NCBI RefSeq assembly: GCF_001194135.2
Contig: NC_068989.1
Span: 49,895,229-49,958,145, forward strand
Direction: 5' to 3'
DNA: 62,917 bases
Source of the DNA: Octopus bimaculoides
Lineage: Eukaryota
Shown here: piece after piece, positions 50,030-62,917 of the stretch
How the letters are laid out: the number at the start of each line of letters is the position of its first letter
Position numbering within the stretch: the stretch's first letter is position 1
The notes under the pieces: model-generated
What the model was told of the DNA's origin: nothing
Seen by the model: the letters and a program-made list of their open reading frames with translations, nothing else
Database searches by the model: none
Program-made: the position numbers and the translations under genes

Positions 50030-51785
50030 TAGTTACTGCATAGTATATCCATCATTTGCGACCGGTAGAACTTGAAACATAAAGGGTCATAAGTAAATAT
50101 TGGACTGCGTCATGCCTAGTGTTCAGCTGATTCAGATTTTGAACCTCATTGGATTCTGCCATTTCCCAACGAACATAAGTTTGAAGGGGAGATACACGGA
50201 TGACCTGCTAGTTGAGAAGTTTGTTATACAATCACATGGTTCTTGGTTCCATTTCTCAGAGCAGCACCTTGAACATGTATCTTCCACCATGCTTTCAGGT
50301 TGATATCTTCTAGAATGCTTTCAGGTTGACGCTATCATATTATCTGAAATTAGATAAACTGAAAATGTCTGGAAGCTTGTTTGATGAACTGTATAGGCTC
50401 TGTAGTGGTAAATCTAAAATTCTTTGACAAGTCTAATACCTCCATACGACCCTTGCATGGTTTTATAGTAGTCTCTCTTCTGCAAGGATTCAGAGAAAGC
50501 CTCCAACCTTAATAGCTTGTGGCAGCAATCACTACTTCAGCACCCCGCTGCAATGTAGTTAGTTTGTCTTCTCTCTGTCTTAAAAGCTTCTGAAAATGTC
50601 ATCGTTGCTCTTCTTCTGGATAGCTGAAACAAAAATGCTAAACCAAACCTCGGATTTCGACACGTACTTATGTTAGCAAATTTGTTTCGATGCACAGTTA
50701 CAACTCTGAAGTAATTTGATGAGAATGTAGCAGCACATTTAGTTAGGAGTTTTATTATATATGCTGACTCACAGCCTTAACAAATTTCTTTAATATTTAA
50801 AAATATATTTTGGCTCACATTTTTCTTGAATACATGAGTTTCTTGTTTTAATGTTTCTGATTTCAATTTTAAACTAATAAAGAAACACGAAATTTTATTT
50901 ATTCTGTGACAAATTATTATTTTCTGGTATAAAAATAAATAAACATTCTTTTAGACTTTGGAATATTTTATTCAATTTCTTTTTCCTTTAAATAATTTAT
51001 ATTGAATATTCCGTTCTAAATTGATTTGTTTTTAGATATATTCATCTTTCACTGTTTACAAGTCTAAATATTAATATCTTACACTTAATACAAAACTCTA
51101 AAACAACTTCCTAAATCCTTACTTTGATTTGTTGAAGACACATCATTATTCTCTTTGAATTATGTTAAATCAAAAACGATAATTTTGGAGCAGAACTATA
51201 TAAATAACATAAATATATATAAAAACAACTTGCAAATATCAAATGTGGATAAATATTAGAGTATTAAATTATAGAATTAGTTGTAAATAATCAAGAAAGA
51301 TATTGGAATTCTGTCATTTTTCATGAAATATATTTAAAAAAAGAGAAATGTTTGTCTAAAATGGTTGATTCTATTCTCTTAGTAGATTTGCTCTAAATGT
51401 CATACATATTGAAACATTGAAAAATCACAAAGTAAATTTCAATTTATATTTTATACGAAGGGGGGAAATTTGTTTACAACAGTACTTTTTCAAACTTGTT
51501 CTTTTAATGGTGGTAACTCCAAGACATATATCTAAATTAGCGTCTCTTACTAGTGAATTTTCTTTTACAGTTTTCAGAAAATTATTTTTTATGCTATTAA
51601 TAATTTGTATTGCATATCTGATAATCTTGCGGCACTGTTAGACATTAATCATAGCATATCACTTGAAATTGTTTAAGAGAGCCATAAGATCAATGCAATT
51701 TTAAATGGATGATGAAAGATAAATCTCCCCTTGGACATGATGCAAATCTCTTGCAAGTAAGTATATGAGTGGAACCTGATTCTTA

Positions 51786-51963
51786 CAGTTCTATATATAA
51801 GAGAAGAGGAATAATGTACATTATTTACATTTGACGGATATTTGTCCTCATCTTGTTTGTTGTTAACACAAAGTTTCGGCTTATATACCTTCCATCCTTC
51901 ATCAGGTGTCTTGGGGGAAGTTTCGAACCTGGATTCTCATTCCTAAGGTATTTTTCGATGTTG

Positions 51964-52017
<54 letters not shown>

Positions 52018-52088
52018 TCACTGCCTGGAATCGAACTCGGAATCTTGGGGTTAGTAACCCGCGCTCTTAACCACAACGCCATATGCCC
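51786..52088 (-). mobile_element. HHR-SINE copy 2 (left arm of palindrome)
   Basis: tRNA head, (AAT)n, body and full 3' tail. Hammerhead at 51865-51910 has mutated helices II and III. Confidence 0.85.
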
Positions 52089-52090
52089 AC

Positions 52091-52159
52091 GGGCATATAC
52101 GGGTAGTTAAGAGCGCGGGCTACTAACCCCAAGATTCCGAGTTCGATTCCAGGCAGTGA

Positions 52160-52221
<62 letters not shown>

Positions 52222-52368
52222 TCGAAAAATACCTTAGGAACGAGAGCCTAGGTTCGAAATTTCCCCAAGACACCTGATGAAGGCTGGAGGGTATATCAGC
52301 CGTAACGTTGTGTTAATGACAAACAAGATGAGGACAAATATCTGTCTAATGTAAATAATGTAAATAAT
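52091..52368 (+). mobile_element. HHR-SINE copy 3 (right arm of palindrome)
   Basis: Same organisation. Hammerhead at 52269-52314 has GAAA changed to GTAA. Confidence 0.85.
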
Positions 52369-52420
52369 GAACCTGATTCTTATTCATCACTGCTAAACTG
52401 ACAGATGTAGTGTAAAATTA

Positions 52421-52622
52421 CGAGGGGGTGTTGAAAAGTTCTTGGCTTTAAGGGTATCACGAAAGGTTTGGGTGGAGGCCCAACCTTCCGAGTTCTTTTA
52501 CAGGGATTAAAAAACTGAAGGACTGCTACAATAGGTATGTAAATCTGAGAGGGGAATATGTTGAATAAAATCATAATTAACTGATCCTCATGTATTTTCT
52601 TTTACACAAAACCAGAAACTAT
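52421..52622 (+). mobile_element. mariner-derived MITE retaining the transposase C-terminal tail
   Basis: TA|CGAGGGGGTGTTGAAAAGTTC left TIR, GIKKLKDCYNRYVNLRGEYVE*, eroded right TIR. Confidence 0.7.
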
Positions 52623-53243
52623 TGAATATGTTATTCATTCCAGTCTGTCTTCACACTCCATTTCCAGCTAACAAGCAGATCCCACATTGTCTCCTTCGAA
52701 ATGCTTATTATTAACTCGATATTTTTGACTCACTCACATAAGTTTACATTTCCAATTCTGATTCCTCATCAAATGAGAGAATCTGCACGAAGAGCGAATC
52801 CATTCTATTCACATCTATCATTAGTTTGACTGGAACAAAGAGTTGTAATTCCCCTAAGTTCATGTGTTGTCTGTACTTTTCTCATGACAGTTAGCGATGC
52901 TTACCTCCGTCTCTGGTACAGTTACTTCTCTCATCTTAGTTTAGAGATTAAATTACTTGATATTATAAGCACTTTATACCTGTTAATCTTTTATCTCACT
53001 CATATTCTATAAAACTCACTGATGGTCTTATAGCTTTAATCTCCTCCTCATCTCTAAATGCGTGTTCTATTTAGACATTACCTGTTGTACTCTTAAGTTT
53101 GTCGTTTAAGTGTTGCTTTGTTGCATCTCACATGACACTAAACATTCTTCCTATAAGTCTTTGAAACAGAATATTTTATCATTTGTTGGATTTCGGATAA
53201 ATTTACACTAATTAGCTCAGATATGAACGAATTTTTGAACTAT

Positions 53244-53425
53244 GAAGAACAACATAGAGGCTGTCAAAGCATCTAGATTGCTTTGGCTGAAAAGTGGTGG
53301 TCGGTATGTTTAGTATAATGCCGGTTGGACGCAGGCCGATGCTTGATCAAACTAGGTTGTGTCGCGCGGGGGAGGATGTATGATGCAAGACCCGTAAGTC
53401 CAAGATACAAGGCGGACGATGTTTT
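53244..53425 (+). mobile_element. HERO-like LINE 3'-terminal fragment
   Basis: KNNIEAVKASRLLWLKS resembles the C-terminal A-x-K-A-S-R-W-L-W-L-K motif, followed by a GC-richer UTR-like segment. Confidence 0.4.
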
Positions 53426-56400
53426 AAGTATTGCATCAGTCAAACTGACTATCCCTTAGATTAGATCCTACCCATACATTTACCTTACCAAAGTACCCAA
53501 TTAGGCAGAAATGGTTGAGATATAAATACAAAAATATAATCTGAGACCTCTGGAAAAGTCACCAACTATCACCGAATGGAAAGTATTTGCTTCTGAGTGT
53601 AACATTCGCAAGATGACTATTAAAAGAACAAAGTGTGTCATTGTGCAATGCATGGTCAGAAGCGGGGTCTCCAATTGCTTTAAATTCAACTTACCCTTCC
53701 AATTTTCTCTCAAAAGGAATTTGACAAGACTAAGTCCTCCTTTTCACCGCTCCTCAATTCATAGGCATCTGGAAGCAATACTCAAGTAAATTAAGCTAAT
53801 AAGCTATTCACTGCCTACTTTAACTTTGCATATTAAGCCACTACATTCATTTCTTGCATTATAACTGTCGACCAAGTCACCATCAAAAATTACTTTCAAC
53901 TGCATACACTCTCTTTCTATCACCAACTTCTCATTCTATAACGATTGTCACAACTACTGGATATAGATTTCTTCTACATGAATTCAACAAAACTAGCTGG
54001 TACATGTTTGTGCTTCACTGGAGTGTATCTTACATATCCAAGTGTAGGTATAAAATTCTTATGTACTGGATCATATTTAAAGAAAATACCATCTCTCAGG
54101 ATTTCAGACTATCACTTAATTAATACTGTTCAACCAATTTACTGTAAGAAAACTATATTTCACCAATTTCACTTTGTTTTCTGCTCTTTTGAACCTTTTT
54201 CCTATATACTGATTGTAACTATTTACACATTTCTTGTACTTCTCCAGATCAACCATTCTGTTTTCCATCTACAGAACTTTTACTGGATATTATACCTGAT
54301 ACTCTTTCCTCTCAACTGCATCTCTAGATCCTTCTCTATATTTTCACCTCGATAATTGATTTTCACAAGTTCAAAACTATTATTTAATGACTAGTTCAGA
54401 GGTGGAATGCAAGCGCCAGTTACCCTTGCAGCATAATGGGCTCTGATAAAAGCACCCAAATATTTTGTAGTTGCATTTATACAGAATCAGAAATGGTTCC
54501 TGTCAAAACATCCCCCATTGCTTTTGTCTACTATATTCCACTCACACGGTAGTGAATCCTCTGAAGATATTGGTGAAAGAGGCTTACTTAAGTCGCAGTA
54601 CAGGAGAATTGAACCTGAAATCATGAAGTCATGAAGCAAACTTTTGAACTTCACCAGCTACGACTGAAGCTTACATTACTGAACAATCTCCATTTCTTTG
54701 AGATGGTAGTGTGACTTGATATCCTGTTTTATATTAAATTATGTATAAAAACACATAAAATGAAGCACCTAAAGCTGATTTCAGTTTGTGGCCTGCCTGG
54801 AGCGATAATCAATATATTTTATGTTTCCGATAGGAGTATTAAATAAATTCTATGTAAGTTACCTAATAGGTAAATGTCACTGTATGGCGTCCTGACAATG
54901 ATTACTGGTGTGAATCTCATGTCTGCTTACTAAGAGACAGATCTTGTAGTGACGCAGGTGCAATATTGATTTGTAACTTTATCACAAGGCCACACACGAG
55001 ATTGACGGATTAAATGCCTCGCAATACTTAGCAGACTCTCTCACTACATTCTAAGTTCACACCTTCCTCAATTTGACCTTGTATATCATCTCAGGAAGAT
55101 TCTTTAAATAAGTACCCATAATATATTATGCTTGCTGTAATCAATAAAACCGTTCCCAACAATTTCGGGGTCTTGTATCAATATAAGGAATCTTTATTCA
55201 CATGAATATTTGAACTTACTGTATTTTGTGATTTGCCTAAAGCCGCGTATGTGTGAGTGAATTTTAGATGATAGATGTGAAATTAAGAATAAACTTGAAA
55301 AAGGTTAATACTACTGAGATTTTGACATGTAGATATTAAAATATCTGAATCAACTGGATTTTGCAAAACAAAATCAACAAGTATGTCGAAGACCACATCA
55401 TGATCTTAATGCTTTTGGTGCCTATGTCGTTGTGAGCAGGCACACACCTTCTTTGTTTTTCCATCATTGACTCAACAAAACATTGGGGACATGACAGCGG
55501 GAGTGGGAAAGAACTGCACTAATAGATAGAAGGGATGTGCCTTGCTCGTAGATACAGAGCGCTGTCTCATTTGGGAATCGAATCTAAAATTTTATGGTTG
55601 TGAGCCCAACTCATTCTAATATAAATTAGAAGAAATAGAATATTATAAAAATACAAAGATAAAGGAAGTAAAACAGAGTCTAAAGTAACTGGTAATGTCT
55701 CCACCTGCAACAATTAATATGTTGAAGTTTGTGGGTTTCAACAAGCTTATATGACTTAAGAAGGGAATGAATTTCACTCTCCAAACTGACTTTTCTCATG
55801 AAACTTGAAAAGACAAATAAAACAACTCCCTTTGTGGCGAGGAGTCAGTTCTGAGACGTCAGATTCTTCTTCATCAGATGACACAAATTAAATGATACTG
55901 ACAAACGTCACTGTAATCAGTAGAGACAGTATAGAGTAGTCCGTAGCAAGATACTCTTGAAGAAATACTAACCTATAATATAAGGAATATAGACAGTATG
56001 GAGAACTCTCTAACAACCCAGTGTTAATTATCTTCTAACATGTTCTATAGCCGTATAGACAACATGAATTAGATTTTGGCATATATTATTAATATACTAT
56101 AATAACATGCTATAATAACATACTATAATAAGTAGAGGCAATATATAATAGTCCATAGCAATCTACTATCGTTTAGATATTAACACAGTATAATCAATAT
56201 AGACAGCATCGAATAGCCCCGAGCAACCTACTATTAACTGACTACTTACATAACTATAATCAATAAAAAGAGTACAGAATAGTTAAAAACAACCTGCTAT
56301 TTACTTATGTCGCATATACAAACACTGGAAAAGTATGAAAACACCAACACTAGACGCATCAAACGCACAGTCGGAGAATTGTGCAGCAATTTGATCAGGA

Positions 56401-57520
56401 CTAACAATGGTTCAAGCATTCTTAAACTGTGAGTCTTCCGTCTGTCAGAAAGATGATATAACAGCACATGTATGCGCAAGCTTTTTTGCTTTTGTTGAAG
56501 GCGCTCAGTTGTTTATTCTTGAAAGCTTTCTCTTTCCATGCCACTGATATTTTAACAAGCGACTGGCTGCCTACACAGATTTTCACCACTTGTTGCAGGT
56601 GTTGCTGTCAGAACGCCAAAAGGTGCGATAGATACTGCACGAACAGTACCATCAATCCACAGCTCTGGACAGTTATCGTCTTATCATGGAAAGAAATGAA
56701 ATCTAAAATTGATGTCGGTGAAATCTGAACGCAAAGACTAGGAACAAATACTGCAAAGTATTCTATCCAACCGTTTAACAACTTTGCCAGTTCGCCGCCG
56801 CATTATGTTTTTATTTTCCCAACTGCTTAATTGTATATTGCGCACCCATTTTGCTAGAATAAATTTTAGCACAAATAAAGTAAATGACAACTTCTTAAAC
56901 TACCAACTTGTAAATGCAATATAGCATTTTGCTTTTTGTTATGGATAAACGAAAATATTCTCTTATGCAGGAAAACGTATCATATATCAAATTGAATTTG
57001 ATGTAAGGAGAAAAGCATATCTACTATAGAATGTAGACATAATATGTGCTATGTCACAAGGTTTTTTCTACCATGATTATATAAATAGAACATAAATTAT
57101 TTCTTGAATATTTCTCTACTGATCTTTTGGCTTTAGTTATTATGAATTCTTTTATGACTGAACATGTTAACTATCAATTATTCATAAATAAGAAAATGTC
57201 TAGAGAATTAATTTAGGTAACCTCCCTTATCTTCTTACTTCGGTAATAGAAAAATCATGTAGTCGACATGCCTGTTCAATAATGCATGAGCGAAAGTTAC
57301 TTTTATTGACTGTAAATTTTGACAGACTTGTTGTTTATAAAACAAGGCACAAATGAACTTATTTCCCCTCTATCAACATGGTAAGCATATTTAATGTATA
57401 AATCTACTGTAGTTTATTTCTAATAATGCAAGAAACTGTCTTACTGACTTATAAAATACAGCAGTGTTAAGTAAATAAAAATAAAAAAATTTAAAAAATA
57501 GATAAATAAATGAAGAATAG

Positions 57521-57606
<86 letters not shown>
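57521..57606. repeat. (AAT)n-(GAT)n microsatellite
   Basis: Direct observation. Confidence 0.95.
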
Positions 57607-57629
57607 AGACTCTCCCGTCGAAGACGACG

Positions 57630-57902
57630 TACGCGCGTTCAGCTTCTGTCGAACAACCTGCACAAATGATTTGCTTATAGTGATCAAATGTTCGTGCTGC
57701 ACATTGGCTCATTCATTCCACCAAATCGACGTTGTCAGAATAGGTGCACAAGTGTACCAGGCGTCAGGTGTTGAAGTGATCACAGAACAACTTGAGATGA
57801 AGTGTTTTGCTCAAGAACGCAACGCACCACCCGATTTAGGAATTGAAATCACGATCGCTAGATTCTGAGTACAACACCCCAACCTCTAGGATATGCACCC
57901 TC
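57630..57902 (-). mobile_element. tRNA-SINE (paralog of 12461-12712)
   Basis: GCTCAAGAACGCAACGCA...AGGAATTGAAATC head in reverse; CCAAATCGACG body. Confidence 0.65.
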
Positions 57903-57939
57903 ACATAATAATAATAATAATAACAATAATAATAATATA

Positions 57940-58130
57940 CATAACAAAAACACCAGGACTAATAATGCATATATAACATACAAAAGATAGAACTACTAGG
58001 CACCGCACACATCCTACGTAAAACACTTTTGATACAGTAAAAATGAGAGCATCGCAACAAACTACAGCACATATCCAAGACACACAGAGTTGCACTCGGT
58101 AGTGCAGTGAAGGCACGTGATAAAAATAAG
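57940..58130 (+). mobile_element. R4/Dong LINE extreme 3' end and 3' UTR
   Basis: IQKIELLGTAHILRKTL matches the C-terminal motif of the 24.7 and 29.4 kb fragments; preceded by (TAA)n. Confidence 0.75.
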
Positions 58131-60936
58131 ACTCGCGCCTGTCAGGAGGCTGTCAGCCTGACGGCGAAAATTTTTTAAATGGCAGAATATCTTCCCCGAA
58201 TACGAACCTGGAAGGTCACTTAGACGGGATTTGTCCCAAATTAAGCCCCCAAAGTTCACCACCACAACGACCACAAAATCAAAAGTGTAAAAGAACTAAA
58301 TGGAACCGGGAAGAATATAAAGAAGTAATACACGCTTATTACTTTGCATTAAGAAGGTCAACCCAAGAGAAACACGCCGCATACTCCTACAGAATTTGGA
58401 GGAGCCGGAATCCAGCTAGCAGACCGAATCTGGATGAAAACAGATTAGCAAATGTTAGAAGAAATATCTTCAGAAATACCAGATTCAGAGATGCAGAATT
58501 AACCTCTATTAAAAACGTGGTAGAGAATGACCCAAATATAAGTCAGGAAAGAAATAACGAAGCAGAGGAGAGGAATGTTGGATCACACGCATTGACTGAA
58601 AGGCGACCATATGCCGAAACTACTCAAGAGCCTGAAGAAAAAGGAAAATATAATGACCCTAGAAAAAACAGTCAGGAAAATGATGTCGAAACAGAATTTG
58701 AAGACCACATATTTGCTGAACAACACAGAAAATCTATCATTGAAATGAAGCAGGAAGTTCTGAATGAGCTTGCAGTTGTAGGGCATACAAATATGAATGA
58801 TAGAGAACCACTCCATAAACTTTCAAATACGCACCAACATAAAACATACATAAAAATTGGCAACTGCTTTACACAAGAAATCATACAACAACTAAAACCC
58901 GATCTTAATAAGTTAAATGAAATTATTTACTCTGTTGCTAAGGTAATCAAAAGACGCTGTTTAACACCCAAAATGCCAACAATATCAAATTCAAAAAGAA
59001 AATCAAACTGGCGGAATAAAATTGAAACTGAGATTGAATCATTGCGAAGGGAGATATCAATATTAACTGAGCTAATCTCTGGAAATGGTGTAAGATGAAG
59101 AAATGGCAGGAAGATCGTGAGAAAATATGTACTCTCAACAAGAGACGAACTAATGTCAGCGAATGAAACACTTAAACAAAAAGTTCAAGCAAAAACTCTG
59201 AGAATACGCAGATTTGAGAAAAGAATCAAATTGTACAAGCAAAATAAGATGTTCAAATCCAATACCAAATCATTTTACAGGGAAATAGGGAAAGAAAAAA
59301 ATAACCATTGAAAATCCACCCCTAATGGAAGAAGCTGAAAACTTTTGGAAAGGGATCTGGAGCGATGAGAAACCATACAATGAAAATGCAGACTGGATCA
59401 AACGCACCCAAGATGCCTACAAAAATCTACAAGAACAGGTATGGGAAGACATCTCAATCGCCGACCTAAGGAGGGCACTATCGAAGGCTCATAAGTGGAA
59501 ATCCCCTGATATTGATAGAGTACCAAGTTTCTGGTTCTCATCACTCTCGTCCGCACACAAAATGTTAGTAATACTATTTAATAGTATTATGAAAGACCTG
59601 GAATAACTCCCCATTAGATGGCAAATGGTATTACCTCCTCCCCAAAGATAACGAAACCAAAGACCCAAAAAACTACCGGCCTATAACATGTTTGTCTACT
59701 ACCTATAAGATTTTGACATCTATCCTAGTGGAGAAAACATATACGTTTATGGAAGAGAATAACCTCTTTCCCACTGAACAAAAACGATGCAGACGAGGCT
59801 CATACGGATGCAAAGATCAGCTCCTAATTAATCTCATGATCCTTAGGAACTGCCATAACAAGTGCAGAAATCTCAGCTTTTCATGGATTGATTATAAAAA
59901 AAGCCTTTGACAGCATACTACATTCGCGGATTCTGAAATCGCTGAACATTTTCAAAATTTCTCCTGTGATTTCAGATTTTTTAAAGTATAATATGTCACT
60001 ATGGAACACGAAGCTGCAATTATATCATTCAAATGGAGTATTGCGCTCAAACAATATTAGCATAAACTGTGGCATTTTCCAAGGTGACTCACTTTCACCA
60101 CTAATTTTCTGCATGGCACTAATACAACTCTCAATTGAACTGAATAGAACAGAGCATGGCTACAAAACTGACAACAGGAAAATAAGCCATCTGTTATATA
60201 TGGATGATTTAAAACTATATGGCAAAGATGATGAAGAGCTTGAAGGACTACTACATACTGTGAAAGGATTCAGTGATGATATCGGGATGGAGTTTGGCCT
60301 TGAAAAGTGAACCAAAGCCACTTTTAAGAAAGGGAAACTGGTAAAGACAAGTTCAATAGAATTAGATGTCGAAACAGTAATAAAGGAACTTGAGCAGGAA
60401 CAAACTTATAAATACCTAGGAATAAAGGAAGGCTCTGGTATCCAGCATGCAAGCATGAAAGAGAAGGCTAGGAAGGAATGTTATAGAAGAGTTCGAGCAG
60501 TTCTGAAGTCTGAGCTGAATGCATATAATAAGGTGTTAGCCATAAATTCCGTAGCAGTCCCAGTTGTTCTTTATAGCTTCAATGTGCTTAACCGGAATAC
60601 CAGGGAAATAGTGAAAATTGATAGAAAAATCCGCAAGCTACTGACTTGTAATAAGATGCACCATCCAAAGGCAGTCGTGGATCGTCTTTACCCTCCCAAA
60701 GCTCAGGGAGGTCGAGGCTTGATTCAGCTTGAACTTACGGACGAAACCACAACAATCGGACTGGCCAAATACCTTGAAACAACCAACGATTGGATGCTGA
60801 AACTTGTTGAAAAACATGAAAGACCGAAAAAACTTCACTCTATTCTGAAAGAAAGCACAAAATTCGCTACTGATCTTTTAGATACCCACCAGCTTGATCA
60901 GGTTGAAGGAAATGCGCCAACAACAACAACAACAGC
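58131..60936 (+). mobile_element. R4/Dong-clade non-LTR retrotransposon, 5' region plus RT, 3'-truncated, with stops and frameshifts
   Basis: KWNREEYKEVIHAYY, NRLANVRR, KWKSPDIDRV, NYRPITCLSTTYKIL, WIDYKKAFDS, GIFQGDSLSP, HLLYMDDLKLY, YKYLG, DRLYPPKAQGGRGLI. No CCHC or RLE; ends in (CAA)n-(AAT)n. Confidence 0.95.
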
Positions 60937-60937
60937 A

Positions 60938-61031
<94 letters not shown>

Positions 61032-61055
61032 TATGATAATAATAATAATAATAAA
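60937..61055. repeat. (AAT)n microsatellite
   Basis: Direct observation. Confidence 0.95.
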
Positions 61056-61251
61056 AACAACATCGAAGAATACTTTAAGAATGAGAACCCATGTTCGAAA
61101 TTTCCCCAAGGCACCTGAAGAAGGCTGGAGGGTATATCAGCCGAAACGTTCTGTTAACAACAAACAAGATGAGGACAAATATCCATCAAATGTAAATAAT
61201 GTAATTAATATAAATAATGTACCTAATTCCTCATCTCTTAAATATAGAACT
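61056..61251 (+). mobile_element. HHR-SINE copy 4 (body and tail, no tRNA head)
   Basis: AACATCGAAG...CTGAAGA-A-GGCTG..CAGCC-GAAACGTT...TCTCTTAAATATAGAACT. Helix I is mismatched. Confidence 0.85.
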
Positions 61252-61638
61252 AAATAAACACTTGATGTTATTAACAATAGCGACTCGGGTCAAGTTCCTT
61301 AATTTCCTACAGTAAATCTAAGAATCCGAAATAAACACACATACACACACATGTTTTACACGCTACATGGGTTTCCTAACTATCTGAAGCTCATGATATA
61401 AATGCAATTCCATGAAATCTACTCAACGTAGATAATCATCCGCCTGAAGTTACCTTAATGAAGATTGTATTGTCGCACGGAATTTCCAAGTCAGTCACAA
61501 CAGAATGTTCAACTGTGTGTAACTCTTAATGCTAATTAATTGTTTTTGTATCTTATCGTGAACTGCCCGCTTTTTGTTCTTTATACCAGCCGCTTGCAGC
61601 GTGAAGCTTACAAACTTTCTACACTCGGAAACCTGGAT

Positions 61639-61683
<45 letters not shown>

Positions 61684-62003
61684 TATGGGTGTGTGTGTGC
61701 GTATGTATGTATATGTGTATGTGTGTGCGTCTACGCGCGTGCGTATCTCTGCGTATCTGTATATATATATTTCCAATACACTTTTTCAATTCGTATTTAT
61801 TGTGTGCATGAGTGTAGTAACTTTATATTTATTATTATAATTTATTACTAATGACCCGCTAAGCAATCGTTGGTGACTTGGTGGTTATATCTAGATAAAT
61901 TAGATTTACTTAGGTGTCTGTGATTGTGTTGGTGTATGTTTATATGCATGCATGTGTGACTAAGTATGTGCATATATGTATATGTGTGTGTATGTATGTA
62001 TGA

Positions 62004-62004
<1 letters not shown>

Positions 62005-62063
<59 letters not shown>

Positions 62064-62066
62064 GTA

Positions 62067-62108
<42 letters not shown>
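62005..62108. repeat. (TATC)n microsatellite
   Basis: Direct observation. Confidence 0.95.
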
Positions 62109-62917
62109 AAGCTCTACATTGTAATTTGTCCATTTTCTGTATTTAGCCCTGTGTGGCTATAATAAAAAGATATCTATCTATCTATGAGAATTAAAACTCT
62201 TGCATTATTTACTGTAATGACTAAAGCCAATACAATTTATTTCGTTTAGCAACTATGTTGAACACTGAATGATTTTCAATTTCAGTTTTACTTTGTTATT
62301 TTTGAACGTCATAACTAAAATATAAGATTACTTAATATGTATAACTTGTAACTACCTCAATAGTTGGTCGTGACATTCTTTACTAAGATATAAGTCGGTT
62401 ATAAATATGTATTTATAATATTTACAAAGGCAACCAGATGTGGAAGCAGTTGTAGTATAAACTTTTAAATATGAATACATATTTATATCAACATGTATGT
62501 ATGTATGTATGTATGTATGTATGTATGTATGTATGTATGTATGTATCTCTTCTCACGGACGTGCTATCAAATCGGCTGCGAAGGTAAACGTTTATTTGAC
62601 CTTTTATTGTCCACATTTTGTTGGAATTTTTTAATAATTTTGTTGCGAAGCACCTAGGCTTCATTTTTGTGTATTTTCAAGGGCAGGAGTTGGCCCCCAG
62701 GGGCAGTTTCGGCCCTAGCAAAATACAAAAATTTCCTTCTCGACATCTGAAAAATGTGGAGAAACATAATTTTGGAACGCTTGTCTTGTTCTTTTGACGA
62801 GCATATCCCGAGGCTTCAGATGGTAGAAGAAAAAAAAAGAACAGAGTAACGCGTGTTCACTCAGTGATAGGAACGCAGCTGCTGTAATCGTCACAAAGAC
62901 GGCGATTACAGCTACAA

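Noticed and set aside
52890-54400. Minus-strand purine-rich stretches with a GAG|GTAAGC donor-like site
   Set aside because: Many stops and no assignable domain; cannot support an exon or TE call.
55850-55895. Minus-strand CTGATGA motif
   Set aside because: No GAAA or helix II follows.

Overview
AT-rich, microsatellite-dense animal DNA with several assembly gaps. It is most likely a coleoid cephalopod (Octopus-like), inferred from the tRNA-SINE families and the (AAT)n/(CA)n/(TATC)n load. I can support no intact host protein-coding gene; nearly all listed ORFs are microsatellite or SINE artefacts. The window is a transposon graveyard. It holds a 3'-truncated R4/Dong-clade LINE (58.1-60.9 kb) plus several R4 fragments, HERO-like, RTE-like, L2/CR1-like and Penelope GIY-YIG relics, and over 20 tRNA-SINE copies. 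DNA transposons are a TIR-to-TIR pogo, a Tc1 with D-36-E spacing, a mariner, a DUF4817-type Tc1/mariner fragment and piggyBac-type and TA-type MITEs. The best lead is a tRNA-headed SINE-like element carrying a minimal type I hammerhead ribozyme behind an internal (AAT)n tract (4 copies). Two of these copies form a head-to-head palindrome enclosed by one 14-bp target-site duplication. A second, unrelated hammerhead sits in the loop of a long inverted repeat at about 6.0-6.1 kb. Everything was read by eye and SINE or relic boundaries are approximate.
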